This document shows positions 39,201 through 51,055 of a stretch of DNA of 64,000 bases, in pieces. The stretch spans positions 120,590,001 to 120,654,000 of the forward strand of contig NC_086105.1 of assembly GCF_963921235.1 (NCBI RefSeq), read 5' to 3'. The stretch comes from Mobula hypostoma (lineage: Eukaryota). The notes under the pieces are model-generated. The model worked only from the letters and a program-made list of their open reading frames with translations. It was not told the DNA's origin and searched no databases. The stretch's first letter is position 1; each line of letters opens with the position of its first letter. The translations under genes were made by a program, and so were the position numbers.

Positions 39201-39647
39201 GGATTTTCGGTTAAAGGCATTGGTGTTTCTATAAAAGGCCTTACTGCAACCAGACAGTACCCTTTCCACCACAGATCTATAGAAGTTGCCGAGGTTTTCA
39301 ATGGCATGCTGAATCTCTGCAGACTCCTGAAATAGAGGCACTGCCATGCTTTCTTTGCGATAATAATTTATAAGATGGTTCCAGGACAGGTCCTCTGATT
39401 TAGTGACACACAGGAATTTAACGTTACTGACCCTCTCCACCTTTGATGCCCTTATTCTTGAAACACAAGAACAAGCTCAAAAACAAGTATGCTACTATAC
39501 AGTTTCCCTAATCAAGTATACACACACCATGTTTGAGATGCTAAGTGACAGCATCCAGCTGGTCTGCCAAGTCACAGTGGTGCAAATAACTTGGCCTGTT
39601 GCCTGGTTTAATGCAAGCTAATTAATACAACTCCCATTGTCTTAACA
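36244..39647 (-). mobile_element. Decayed Gypsy-like LTR element with gag-protease only
   Basis: 3' LTR 36244-36815 (TATA at 36388-95, PPT adjacent at ~36816-36835); CCHC knuckle CFSCGFSGHGWRQC 38242-38283; protease DTG 38046-54; diverged U3 copy at ~39545-39647; 4-bp TTTG on both flanks. Confidence 0.7.
38745..39450 (-). mobile_element. Rex/Babar LINE 3' fragment nested in the LTR element
   Basis: ERVSNVKFL..SEDLSW; LLPSGRRY..TTRFKN. Confidence 0.85.
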
Positions 39648-39762
39648 TTTGATTCTTGCATATGCAATCTCTTAGTCTGTGAAGCAGCCTGTGCTTTTAA
39701 TGTCAATCCAGACCATTGCCTATTTTTTATTGTCTTCAACGTTTCTTGGTTTTTATCTTGCT

Positions 39763-41270
39763 CAGTGGTTTCCAAAGTGGGTGAAATCACCCCTCTGGGG
39801 ATGGTAGGCTTTCAAAGAGGTTGATAAAAATAAGGGGGCACTTGGTAGCAGGGGGGACAGCTGAGGGATTACAAGCTTAATTTAAGAAATGTATTACTTA
39901 TAAATATTTGATTCTCAATGCTTCATAGTTGATTGCAATGATCACGTAATCACCTCATCTCTTGCTAACCCACTGTTCTCTTAGACTTTGCTTGAAGCAC
40001 ATTATAGTTGTTGAAAAGCAATAAAGCAATGTGACGCTTCTGTATTTGGCTTATTGTGAGAAATCTGGACTGAAGAGATTGTGTTATTTACAAGCCCAGC
40101 TTGCACATTGTTACCGTTCATTACTGTAGTACAGTTTTCAAACTCTACTCACACAGTGACTAATTTTCTGTGAGTTAGGGTACAGCGTTCAAAGGCGGGA
40201 AGTTCAGAATCTCCCCTTCTGAATGGCCTTGACCGCGTTCCTCTAGCCCACAGCCTAACTGAGACATTGCTGCCCCACCTTATGTACCTTTAGGCCAAGA
40301 GTCGGGTTTTGCCTGAGCTATGATAATGTCCTGAATTTTCCCCTTTATTGATCTCAACACATGAGGTTGGACTTGAAACAATAGGCATTTGACCATGGCC
40401 ATTGATCCATAATGAAAATGGCAGAATCAGACCAAATGAAAAAGAGGTGCAAACAGTATAGTGTGTGGTATCTGAAATATGGATTTATACCAGCACCAAG
40501 CAGCCAATGTTGTCTTGTGTGTGAAAAAGCTTTTTTAAATGAGGGAATGAAACTGCCCAGGCTGCTTGACATTTAAAGAGAATACACTCTGATAAAGCAA
40601 TCAAGAACTTGGCTTATTTTCAGTCACTTTGTGAAAACTTTCAGAAATGGAAAACATTCCAAAATATGTTTGCCAGCACTTCTCAACAAAACATACAACT
40701 TTTCATTGCTCATTGCTAAATCTGGACAGCCCCATACAATTTGAGAAGAACTAATTCTGCAGCCGAAAGCGAGGTTCTGAGTATGGTTTTGCATAAGTCA
40801 CGAGACCAAATATTTAAAGTGATTCTGCTCAGTGACAACTCTGATCACAAAGACAAATAGATGAAATTGCTGAGAATATGGAAGACACTTTGTGCAACAT
40901 ACTTGGGATAACAGAATTTGCTCTGCATTTAGATGAGTCAACTTTGCCAATCAACAAATCTGCTATTTTGTTATGTTTGCTTCATAAAAGTTGAATGCAT
41001 GGTTCAAGAGGTGTTATTTGCAAGGGGATTAGAAACAGATGCAATGTGCAAGTCAGTATTTTGGGTTGTTGAGTGATTTTTCAGATGAGGACATTTCACT
41101 CACTAACGTTCTTCCTTGTGCAACCGATAAGATACTGTCAGTGATAGGACAGTACTGTGGGGTTATTACTTTCTTGAAAAAACATTTACCAATCGCTGTC
41201 TAATTCACAGATGACATCTTGTCACAAAAAACCCAAGTGATCGGCTGCACAAATCATTGAATATTGTTAA
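39763..41270 (+). mobile_element. hAT Charlie/Buster transposon, decayed, right end missing
   Basis: Left TIR CAGTGGTTTCCAAAGTGGG; remnants KRCKQYSVWYLKYGF (BED finger), LIAKSGQPHTI, FALHLDEST, CLIHR. Confidence 0.82.
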
Positions 41271-41600
41271 TGATTTTGCATGTATTTTCTACTTGTTCTG
41301 ATCTGATGAAATAATAGAATTTTCATTAAGGTGAAATATTAATTTAGCCCTTTTGTAAACCGATAACTTGGAAGTTGAATAATTTGTATTGAAAGAACTG
41401 CACATTAGCAGTTTGAATGTATATTTTAACTTTCCATTGCTTTTATTGTGTTGAGGAAATTTGTAGTAATGAAAACCAACCCCTAAACTCAACTTGGTAA
41501 CTGATTTACATGTAGAAGGTATACAGAGATTATTTTTGTTCAGCTGTATATTTCTTACTGATACATCTTCGCATCTAAAATTTGCTTTGTTTCATAACAG

Positions 41601-41676
41601 AAAGAAAAAATCAGAGAAAGATTTGTGGCTGATTTACAAAGAGAATTTGCAGGGAAAGGGCTCACTTTTTCTATAG
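41601..41676 (+). CDS. PMM2: PMM2 exon 6 (76 nt)
   Basis: cataacag|AAA...ATAG|gtaatt; [25 protein letters not shown]. Confidence 0.96.
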
Positions 41677-41885
41677 GTAATTATAATTCTCTTTACTATG
41701 TAGGAAAATGGGGAAAAAACGAGTTTGAAATAGTTAAGGCAAATGTATGATTAAAAACAGAAACTAGTAATCCTTCATTGTTCTGCAACACCTTGTCAGA
41801 AAAAAAATCATGTAATTTAATAAAATAATACATTGTATAAAGCTGTTCTATATTTTTCAATTTACTTTTGCTTTGCTTTACTGAG

Positions 41886-41933
41886 ATAATTATTGCATTG
41901 AGGACAGGTATAATTATTGCATTGAGGACAGGT
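41886..41933. repeat. Perfect 24-bp tandem duplication
   Basis: ataattattgcattgaggacaggt x2. Confidence 0.9.
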
Positions 41934-42725
41934 ATGCAGTCAAATAAGGGTAAGTTTATGACAGCCCAAAGCTGTAATTTTAATGAGCCTTTATTTAAAC
42001 AATCAAGAACAAATATGTTCAGGAGAAATCAAGTAGAATGTCTGAGAATCAAACAGAATTTTATATCTTTTACTTACAATGATAATGATGATGATGGACG
42101 AGATTCAGACTATCTCTAAGGTAGTAGCAATCTTAAGAACTCTTATGTTTCTACATATGTTTGAGATGCATGTCCCCACTAGGTAATTGTTTTTCAATGA
42201 TGCTTATGCCTTAATACTATAGTAGCTCCAGTGTCCGGTCTATTCAGATTTTGTTCTCAACCATCTAGTACAATTCACACTTATTTACATCTTTTATTTC
42301 CCTGGTCCTGATCTCAAGTGTTTCATGCCATGGAGGTTTTATGGACCTTGTGTGATTGGATACATGTTCCCATGGCACAGTTTCATCTTCCTTGATATGG
42401 CCCATTATATTCCCTCCATATTTGGTCTCATGGTCATATCTCGATACAGTATACGTGTATACAGTATACATATGTATACATCTCCTATACATGTGTTAAG
42501 GAGCCAGTCAATGTCTGTATAAATACTATGATTAGTTTATAGGACTATTTGTGTCAAGTGGGTACCCTCAGCATCAACCTCTGGCAGCTGCTTTTGTAAT
42601 AAAGAGCAGATTGTTTACTATGTGATTTCAATATGAATCATTAGAAGAGTGCTTCTGCAAAACAATATAGAAATATGGGTTTGAAGCCTGGTTCTTAGCA
42701 TCCATATTTCCTATATTAATATTAT

Positions 42726-43365
42726 AGATTATGAGGACACTCAGTCCTCGTTTATTGTCATTTAGAAATGCATGCATTAAAAAATGATACAACATTCCTC
42801 CAGAATGATATCACAAGAAAAACACAGGCCAAACCAAGACTAAAACTGACAAAACCACAGAATTATAACATATAGTTACAACGGTGCAAAACAATACCAT
42901 AATTTGATAAAGAGCAGACCATGGGCACAGTTAAAAAAAATCTCAAAGTCCGGAGAGACTCATCATCCTACGCAGGCGGCAGAAGGGAGGAACTCTCCCC
43001 GCCATGAACCTCCAAGCGCCACCAACTCACCGATGCAGCACCATTGGAAGCACCCGACCGCAGCGGACTCTGAGTCCGTCCGAAAACTTTGAGCCTCTCT
43101 GAGCACCATCCTCTGCCAAGTGCTTCGACCCCACCCCAGCCGCCAAGCAACAAGCAAAGCTGAGGGCTCAGGGCCTTCTCCTCCGGAGATTTGGGACAGC
43201 ACAGTAGCAGCAGCAGCGAAGCAGGCATTTCAGAAGTTTCACCAGATGTTCCTCTGTGCTCTCACGTCAGTCTCCATCAAATCAGGATTGTGCACGGCAC
43301 CCTACTTGACAAATAACAGACATCACCACCGGAGTGACTGCTGCGAGCTGCGTCACGCCGCCGGC
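42726..43365 (-). mobile_element. Non-autonomous retroposon (GC-rich head, Rex/L2-type AATAAA tail)
   Basis: Minus strand starts GGCGGCGTGACGCAGCTCGC and ends aatgacaataaacgaggactgagtg; CpG-rich, so probably young; possible TSD aatattat. Confidence 0.55.
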
Positions 43366-43929
43366 TTCTACAGAATATTATCCCACTGATTCTCAAGCAG
43401 CTTGTATCCTGTTAATCCACCTCACACAAATAAAGAGACCAGTAATTAAGTAAACTATATTTTTATGTAATTTCATATGGAATGCATAATGTCTTATGCA
43501 GTTTATTAGAAATCAAATTCATTTTGACTTTGAGACCAGAACTGAAGACCATGATTAGTCAAACCATGAAGTACAGGGAGTTCATGTTTGGACTTGCAGA
43601 CTGATTTGATCTAGCTGATTTTGTTCCTCATTACTGTTGGGATGATCTCCAAAATTTTCACCATGGTTAAGTATGGCTTCTCAAGGCAAGTCCAGCAGCT
43701 GCCCAGTTTCAAGACCCACACTTGCCTGTTTTAAGCATCAAACCAAATATTTTGTTGGTTGATTGTATAACTACCAAGGAGATTCTTGAAGGATGTGTGC
43801 TAAATCTTGATTACAATAATAATAATAATAAACATTTCATGTGTTATTTATAGTTATTAGCACAAGAGGTTTCAGCATTTGAAAGTGCAGCATCATGTCA
43901 AACCTGTTTTACTTTTTCCAATTCTCTAG

Positions 43930-44045
43930 GTGGGCAGATCAGCTTTGACGTGTTTCCGGATGGGTGGGATAAGCGATACTGTCTGGGAATCCTCGAGAAA
44001 GATAACTTAAAGACCATCCACTTTTTTGGGGATAAAACTTCACCA
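43930..44045 (+). CDS. PMM2: PMM2 exon 7 (116 nt)
   Basis: ttctctag|GT...CCA|gtgagt; [39 protein letters not shown]. Confidence 0.97.
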
Positions 44046-44430
44046 GTGAGTTAAGAGTGTTTTAATACTGCAAAACTTAATGTATTAAAATTTCAAGTGA
44101 CCTTATGGAACCGGACTGGAATCACTTCATTTAGAGTGGGAAGCCCAGTGCAATATAACACGATATAGAACTTCCATTCTGTTACCACACCAAGACCAAT
44201 GCCTGTTTATACTTACCTTAGCTCCCTTCTCATTACTCTCCCCCCCCACCCCAAAGTATCCCTTCTCCTAAGCCTCCCATCCCTCCTTTTAGTCCCATAC
44301 CTCACTTCCCATCTCCCATCACCATTCTCCCAATTGTTCAGTCCCAAGTTTAACTTGTTACAATAAAGTCACTTGGGAATACTAAATCAACTGCATGAGT
44401 TTTCAAACATTTTGAAGATTAATTTGCTTA

Positions 44431-44655
44431 CAAACACAAAATGCTGGAGGACCTCAGTGGGCCAGGTAGGACCTATGGAAAAAAGTAAGGTCGGCGTTTT
44501 GGGCTGAAACCCTTCGGAACAGTCCTGGAGGGTTTTGGCCCAAAATGTTGACTGTGCTGTTCTCCATAGTTGCTGCCTGGCCTGCTGAGTTCCTCCAGCA
44601 TTTTGTGTGTGCATGTTGCTTGGATTTCCAGCATCTGCAGATTTTCCCTTGTTTG
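44431..44655 (+). mobile_element. Palindromic Penelope-pLTR-derived element
   Basis: Arms acacaaaatgctggagga.../...tcctccagcattttgtgt plus the family tail; decayed hammerhead at the centre. Confidence 0.78.
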
Positions 44656-44717
44656 TGGATTGATTGTGCTTAGCTTTTCTTCCATTTTCAGTATTTCTTA
44701 AATAGCTGATTCTGTTT

Positions 44718-44994
44718 CTAGTTGGTGGTTAAGGCGTCGGTCTAATGATCTGAAGGTCGCTAGTTTCAGTCTTAGCTGAGGCAGCGTGTTGTGTCCTTGA
44801 GCAAGGCACTTAACCACACATTGCTCTGTGACAACACCGGTGCCAACCTGTAACATCGGTGGCATGGAGAGGGGAGATTTGCAGCATGGGCAACTGCCAG
44901 TCTTCCATACAACCTTGCCCAGACCTGCGCTCTGGAAACCTTCCAAGGCGCAAATCCATGGTCTCACAAGACTAATGGATGCCTTTTTTTTTTG
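44718..44994 (+). mobile_element. tRNA/CORE-like SINE
   Basis: tRNA-like head; CORE-like gtgtccttgagcaaggcacttaacc; T-rich end. Confidence 0.65.
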
Positions 44995-46094
44995 TCATAC
45001 CTCAGATTATCTATGGGAAGGTAGGGAGTTAATAGAGAAAACAGGTTACACCATAAGTTCATAGAACAGTTTTTGTGGTCCTTCCTGAGGCAGCAATCTG
45101 CAGTATCAGGAAGGAGTGCACGTTTCTTTTGAAGCTCTGGGTTTTATGTAATTGTGAATGCTCAGATTGGAGAACCATGAACTCCTTAACAAATAATCAT
45201 TCAGTGAGGCAGTAGTTAATGCAGTATCAGTTAGAGGATTCTCACTCCTGTTTAACACCATTCCACCTTCTGCCTATAGAGCTTTAATGACAGTGTAGAA
45301 CTCTGGCTGACAAGCAAAATTCCTTCATCAGGTTTTACATGGGAAATTGGATTGAACTCCTGTTGGTGTATTACATTTTGTACCAACAGCAAATATGATT
45401 ATAATAAAAAACATTTGTATCTAAAAGTGCATTTTAACACTTATTGGAAGTTTTCACCAAAAATACAAGCTGAAACAGGATCTTGGAGGTTTCCTTGATT
45501 GCTAAGGAGTATGTGATTGAAGTGGAACTAAGTTTAATCTGGTGCAGTCAGAATCTACACCAAAGTGTTCAGATATGCAACCTGTGACATGCACCTGTTA
45601 CAGATTAATTTTGTGACAATAGGAGCATTTACTTGACACTAGCACTGATGTTCCACTGCACCAAAAAAGCACTGCAGTCTAATTTTGAGACATGCTTGTT
45701 GCTTTAGCTCATGTCTGGTTTTATTGATTCAGTGGAGAGCTTTTACAAATCGTTTTTGTAAAAATGGGCTCTTTTTGTCAAAAAGCAACCATTGAGAGTA
45801 AATATTAACACCTAGCTGAAAGCCAGGGTCATTCTATTAACTTTCTAGCACAAACTGAACAAAGAGATTAAGCTCTGTACTGGAACAAATCAGCTAGATG
45901 CCCTCAGGCCCAGCATACCAGCAAGCTGCCAATGTCGGCCAAAATTCTTTTCTACTAAAGCAATCTCTCAATAGAGGATAACTTGCTTCCACTGTTTTTA
46001 ATAGCCATGGGGTATTCGTTGTAATATGCAAACCATTGACTGTTCCACTGATGGGCCAGGAGGTAGGGACAAGGAAAACTACTGGGTAGTTTGT

Positions 46095-46242
46095 AACACA
46101 CATCAAAAACGTCCTGACGAAGGGTCCCAGCCTGAAACGTCGACTGTACCCCTTCCTAGAGATGCTGCCTGACCTGCTGCGTTCACCAGCAACTTTGATG
46201 TGTGTTGCTTGAATTTGCAGCATCTGCAGAATTCCTCATGTT
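46095..46242 (+). mobile_element. 148-bp Penelope-derived mini-element with 12-bp TSD
   Basis: TSD tgggtagtttgt at 46083-94 and 46243-54; inverted left end aacacacatcaaa; hammerhead; family tail. Confidence 0.88.
46111..46144 (+). ncRNA. Minimal type I hammerhead ribozyme motif, catalytic core intact
   Basis: GTC-CTGACGA-AGG(gtcccag)CCT-GAAA-CG-TC-GAC: helix I GUC/GAC, helix II AGG/CCU, palindromic helix III, GUC cleavage triplet (cut after 46141). Confidence 0.75.
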
Positions 46243-46565
46243 TGGGTAGTTTGTGAGATGGTATGCTCCATTTGTCACTTTTACAGGGTATCTCTGTGCA
46301 CCTGCTGCATAAATTCAAAGTTTTTAATACCACTCTCAATGCTTTTTCTCCATTTTGCATAGTCATGTGCCAGATTCCCAGATGTGAGGACATCCATAAA
46401 TTCTGGCCGTTGAAAGGTTTATCCCTTTAGAACTCAGGTCACCGCTGTGGCAGAGGAAGATGACCAGAGCATGACTGGTTGATTCATGGAGGCAGGATAC
46501 CATAGCTTATCACAGCATTTCAAAACCACAAGCTGCACTTTTTAAAAATGTGTATTTAAGACACT

Positions 46566-46631
46566 AACATGAGGAAATCTGCAGATGCTGGAATTTCAAG
46601 CAACACACATAAAAGTTGCTGCCTGGCCTCC
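46566..46631 (-). mobile_element. 66-bp Penelope tail insertion with 11-bp TSD
   Basis: TSD tttaagacact at 46555-65 and 46632-42. Confidence 0.82.
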
Positions 46632-47291
46632 TTTAAGACACTGTTGGTTAATCTGGTTTACCTGAATACAGCTGGTTCCTTCCTCCACCTTTAAAACTCC
46701 CAGTGCAGACGTTGTGGGTTCAAGCTGCCTTTGAAGCCTACGTTAATAAGGCATTTACCAATATCCAGAGTGTGCATAGAAACTTTACTTGTACCATAGA
46801 GAATACGTGATTTTTTTAAAGGAAGGTCAGGACCAACATATTTCTCAGCTTACAGCTAAAACTTTACCTCATTAAATTATTGATAAGTTCAGTACCAATG
46901 TCGGGAAAGTTATCTTCATGTGGTGCATTACTACCGCAATGCCTCCCCAAAATAGGGAATACTGGATCATTCCACAGGTAAAGTAATAAAGAGAAAGGGT
47001 TCACATTTCGGCATGCTTCCTGCAATTTCTAATCGGATTTCTATGCATAATTTGACTAAAGCACCACTTCAGTCTGAATTCCTGCATAAGTCCTATTCAA
47101 CATTAAAGGATTCAGAATATTTTAATGATCTTTATATTTGTAATCTACATTGTTTTTTGCCTTCCATTGAGCTACCATCAATCTGTCTAATATCCTAATG
47201 TAAAAACTCCTCAGATTAACTATGATATGAATTGTTTAGAAAACAATCCATTACAGTTCTTCTCTAATCACAAGTTACCTTTCATTTGCAG

Positions 47292-47417
47292 GGAGGGAAC
47301 GATTATGAAATCTACATTGATGCAAGGACTATTGGTCATTCTGTGACGTGCCCAGGAGACACTAGGAGGATTTGTGATGAACTGTTTTTCAACTCAAGTG
47401 CCAGTACTCAATCATAA
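47292..47417 (+). CDS. PMM2: PMM2 exon 8 (last coding exon)
   Basis: tttgcag|GGA...TAA; [41 protein letters not shown]; total CDS 780 nt. Confidence 0.96.
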   Translation, partial: GGNDYEIYIDARTIGHSVTCPGDTRRICDELFFNSSASTQS

Positions 47418-48149
47418 AGTTGTGGATGTTGGAAATGCCAAAGACGACTCATTTTCCAATGTGAAGTAAATACTTGAATTATATCTACAATGTCTAGCAC
47501 TTGTAACTATTTGTACAGTAATCCTGCACAACAAAAAATCACTACATTTTGATGGAACAAGATCTGACTGTTAATAGAAGATTCTTTCAACGGACCTTTA
47601 AAGTAGAATCTTGCATAGATATTAAACTTAGATTGACTGACTAAAAGCAATTAGAAACTATTTACTTTATAACATAGGCAGGGAATTAATGTAATGAATA
47701 AATTATTACACCCTGTCCAAAATGACATTTCCTTTTTACAGGGGGGAAAAAAAACAGCTAAATTACAAATCAGGACCAAAGTTGTCAACAAGAATAACAA
47801 ACACTGTTACTTGTATCTCAACATAGAATTTAGTTTTTAGATTTGCTTAGCATATGCGTGCTGGTCACAGGGAAGGATGGTGTATGCTGCAAGAAATTCT
47901 ACTGTAGTAGTTTTGATCATGCCCAATGTTGATAGACTTTAATAACAATCATACAAATCATTGTTATGCAGTGGTCATTTATCATGAGTTTTTAAACTGA
48001 TGTTGACTGTTCTGTTGTTTCATAATTAAATATTTGGGACCACAGTTACTGGTTAAAATCTTCTTTCAGGCTGAATTGGTTTTTAGCTGTAAGAATGGCT
48101 GTCAATTTACAACTGTTCTACCTCCAGACATGTGCATGTGAAATAGACT

Positions 48150-48155
48150 AATAAA
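48150..48155 (+). terminator. Candidate PMM2 poly(A) signal (alternative at 47697-47702)
   Basis: AATAAA downstream of the stop; usage unknown. Confidence 0.4.
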
Positions 48156-48799
48156 AACTGTATCCAACCTTTTTCATTCCATACGATGTAAAAGCAATAT
48201 CTTCATCACTATATAAATTTTAATGGAAACAGCTAGTCATAAATTCAACATATGACGTTGTGTCATGTGACACTGGTTTATGTCATGACTGTAATGAGAA
48301 AGATCTATAATAGATTTAATTAGTTTGCAAGTTTGATTCTGTAAACTATGACATTTAATTCTGTGCACTTCAAGGCTTTAATTTCCAAAAAAAATATTTA
48401 AAATATCATGTAGCTTATATTCCAAGAAAAATTGACTGTAGTCATGTAGTTTAGAAAAGTTGCTCAAGGAGAAAAGCATAACCAAAATGTATACATGAAA
48501 TAATGTCCTTTCTTTATAAACCTTTAATCTGCTGCACTATGGATTGCAGTTCTTTACATGTAATGTTTCAGTTAATCATTTAGATATCAAAGATGTTGCT
48601 AAAGCTCCCATTCAAAGCCATGGCTTCACCTCACTCTTTTTTACAAGCGCATTTGATTTTTTGAAGTTGTGAACTTGGCCAGTAAACGTGGTGCATTTTG
48701 GCAGCTCCACTGAGCCACTAGATAATGGAGTGATCATTCAGGCTGGAGAGTAGATTGCCAGTGAGTAGGTTAGATTGCCCTAGACTGTGTTGGGAATTC

Positions 48800-49262
48800 A
48801 ATGTTAGAATCATGGAGCCACAGCAGAGAAACAGGCCCTTTGGCCCATATAGTCCATGCCAAACTATTAATCTGCCTAAATCCCACTGATCTGCACCTAG
48901 CCCATAGATCTCCATATTCCCCTCTCATCCACATACCTATCCTAACTTCTCTTAAGTGTTACAATTGAACCTGCATCTACCACTTCTGGCAGCTTGTGCC
49001 ACACTCTCAACACCCTCTGAGTGAAGAAGTTCCTTTTAAAATATTTCACCTTTCACCCTTAACTATGACATCTAGTTCTAGTCTGACCTGACCTCAGTGA
49101 CAAAAGCCACTTGCATTTAGCCTATCTATACCCCTCATAAACTTGAACAAACCTCCTTTCACTCTCCTGTGATCCAGGAAATAAAGTCCTAACTATTCAA
49201 TCTTTCCCTATAGCTCAAGTTCCAACAACATCCTTAAGTTTTCTCTGCACTCTTTCAATCTC
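48800..49262 (-). mobile_element. CR1 3' fragment
   Basis: Reverse complement of the CR1 ORF2 end and 3' UTR. Confidence 0.8.
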
Positions 49263-50075
49263 TGAAGACATGTTCTTCAGCCAAAATGTTTGATCTCCAA
49301 CAACCATCATTTACTTTTTTTCTGAGGTTTATGCCAGCTGCTTGAATTATCTGTTTTACATGTACAATCTGAAAATAAGTAGTAACCAAAATAGCATAGC
49401 TTATCTGCCCAACATCTTATTCTGTCCTTTGTTTTAATAAGATACAGCTGGAAGAATGTCTTACCTCTCTTACCAGTAGCATGGAGGAATTTGAAGTATC
49501 TGGAAAAGTGAGCAGACCTGAAATTTGCAACCAGCCATAAGGAAAATATTGATTTTGTATCAAAAGTTCAATTCAGTTTCTGTATTAAATAGTGAAACAT
49601 TTTGAAACAAGGATTCAATTCTCATTTCAAGCATTATCCTTCAACTTCAGAAAATTCTGAAATGTGATATCATTCACATCAACAATATTTGTATTCATTA
49701 GTTGCACATAAAATTTGCACTTGAATTTTTCCTTCGAGAGAAAGTCCTCGTGATGACAAGACCAATTACAATTAAGATAAACAACTGAAGAGAATGCATA
49801 TTCCCTCAAGGTGGTTAATCTTCTATCCCGCTTTTCTTGCCTTGTCACTGTACATCTCTCCCCATTGACATATAACAAACCCTCTACAGTGCAGCACCTG
49901 TTCTAAAATTGTCCATCATATTAGATGTCAATGATTTAGGTTTTTCCATCAAGATTTATAACCCATCACTGAGCTTGGAAAAACTGTCCACAAATCTCCA
50001 GCTTCAGTATTCTTATGTGACTTTAAATATGTTAAAAAAAATGAGGCCACACTTGAAATGTTGTACTAAACAGGC

Positions 50076-50079
<4 letters not shown>

Positions 50080-50106
<27 letters not shown>
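50080..50106. repeat. (CA)n microsatellite
   Basis: Direct inspection. Confidence 0.9.
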
Positions 50107-50110
<4 letters not shown>

Positions 50111-51049
50111 GAGGATTAGTTTGGGTAGATATCCACTCTTTCCCCTTTGGTAGGAGTGTGTAAAATGAGAAGGCACGGGTATAAAGTGAGAGGGGAGAGA
50201 TCTGAGGATATATTTTTCACACAAAGAGTTGGTACTTAGAATGAACTGTCAGAGGGGGTAGTAGAAAAAGAAACAATAACATTCAAGGCATCTTTGTAGT
50301 TGTTTGAGTAAAACCGAGTGAAACTATATAAATAGACATGATAGTTGGCACAGGCTCAGTGGGGAACTCGGTGGCTTCCATTAGCAAGTAGCAGGGTAAT
50401 TGGCAACTCAAAATTGGAAGGAATCTCAAACATTATAGCAGGGAGCTGAAAGCATTAAATAGTATTTAAACACCCTTTGGAGAAAAAAAATAATTCAATT
50501 GTCACATTTGGCTAATTTTACCCTATATGTGTTAAAAAAAAATGAAATAACCTACAGAACTAAACTACTTTTCTGAGTGAATACCATTATTGGAGTGGAA
50601 GAATTTTATATAATAATAAATAACAATAAATATTGCGACTCATGTGTTTCATTTTTGACATAAAATTAGCATATTCAGTTCTAATTTTCATCTCTATCTG
50701 CACAGTAAATGTGTAATATCGATCGTCTCCTGATAAATAATAAAATGGCTAGGTTTTTTTTGTCTATGATTTCCCCTTCAATAGAATCACCAGATTTACA
50801 ATCAGGTTCAAGTAATTATTTCTGGCTACTTGTAATCATGAATAGGGCTTTTTCATCCCCTCTGTCACCTGGTTTTTAATTGATTTTTATCCTCCTAAAA
50901 CACAATTGGAAAAGAATGTGCTAGCAGTCCAAAATTCTTACAGGAAGATTTTCATTTTGATGTTAATGTCATCTTGCAATTTACTAGGTTGGTAATGTAC
51001 TTACATCAAAAACAATGCAAGATGTTTTCCATTCATTTAAACACCAAAT

Positions 51050-51055
51050 TTTATT
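51050..51055 (-). terminator. Candidate CARHSP1 poly(A) signal
   Basis: AATAAA on the minus strand followed by GU/U-rich sequence; implies a ~1.55-kb 3' UTR. Confidence 0.5.

Noticed and set aside
39763-41270. Domesticated ZBED5/Buster-type gene
   Set aside because: Many stops and frameshifts, truncated, TIR retained; a dead transposon
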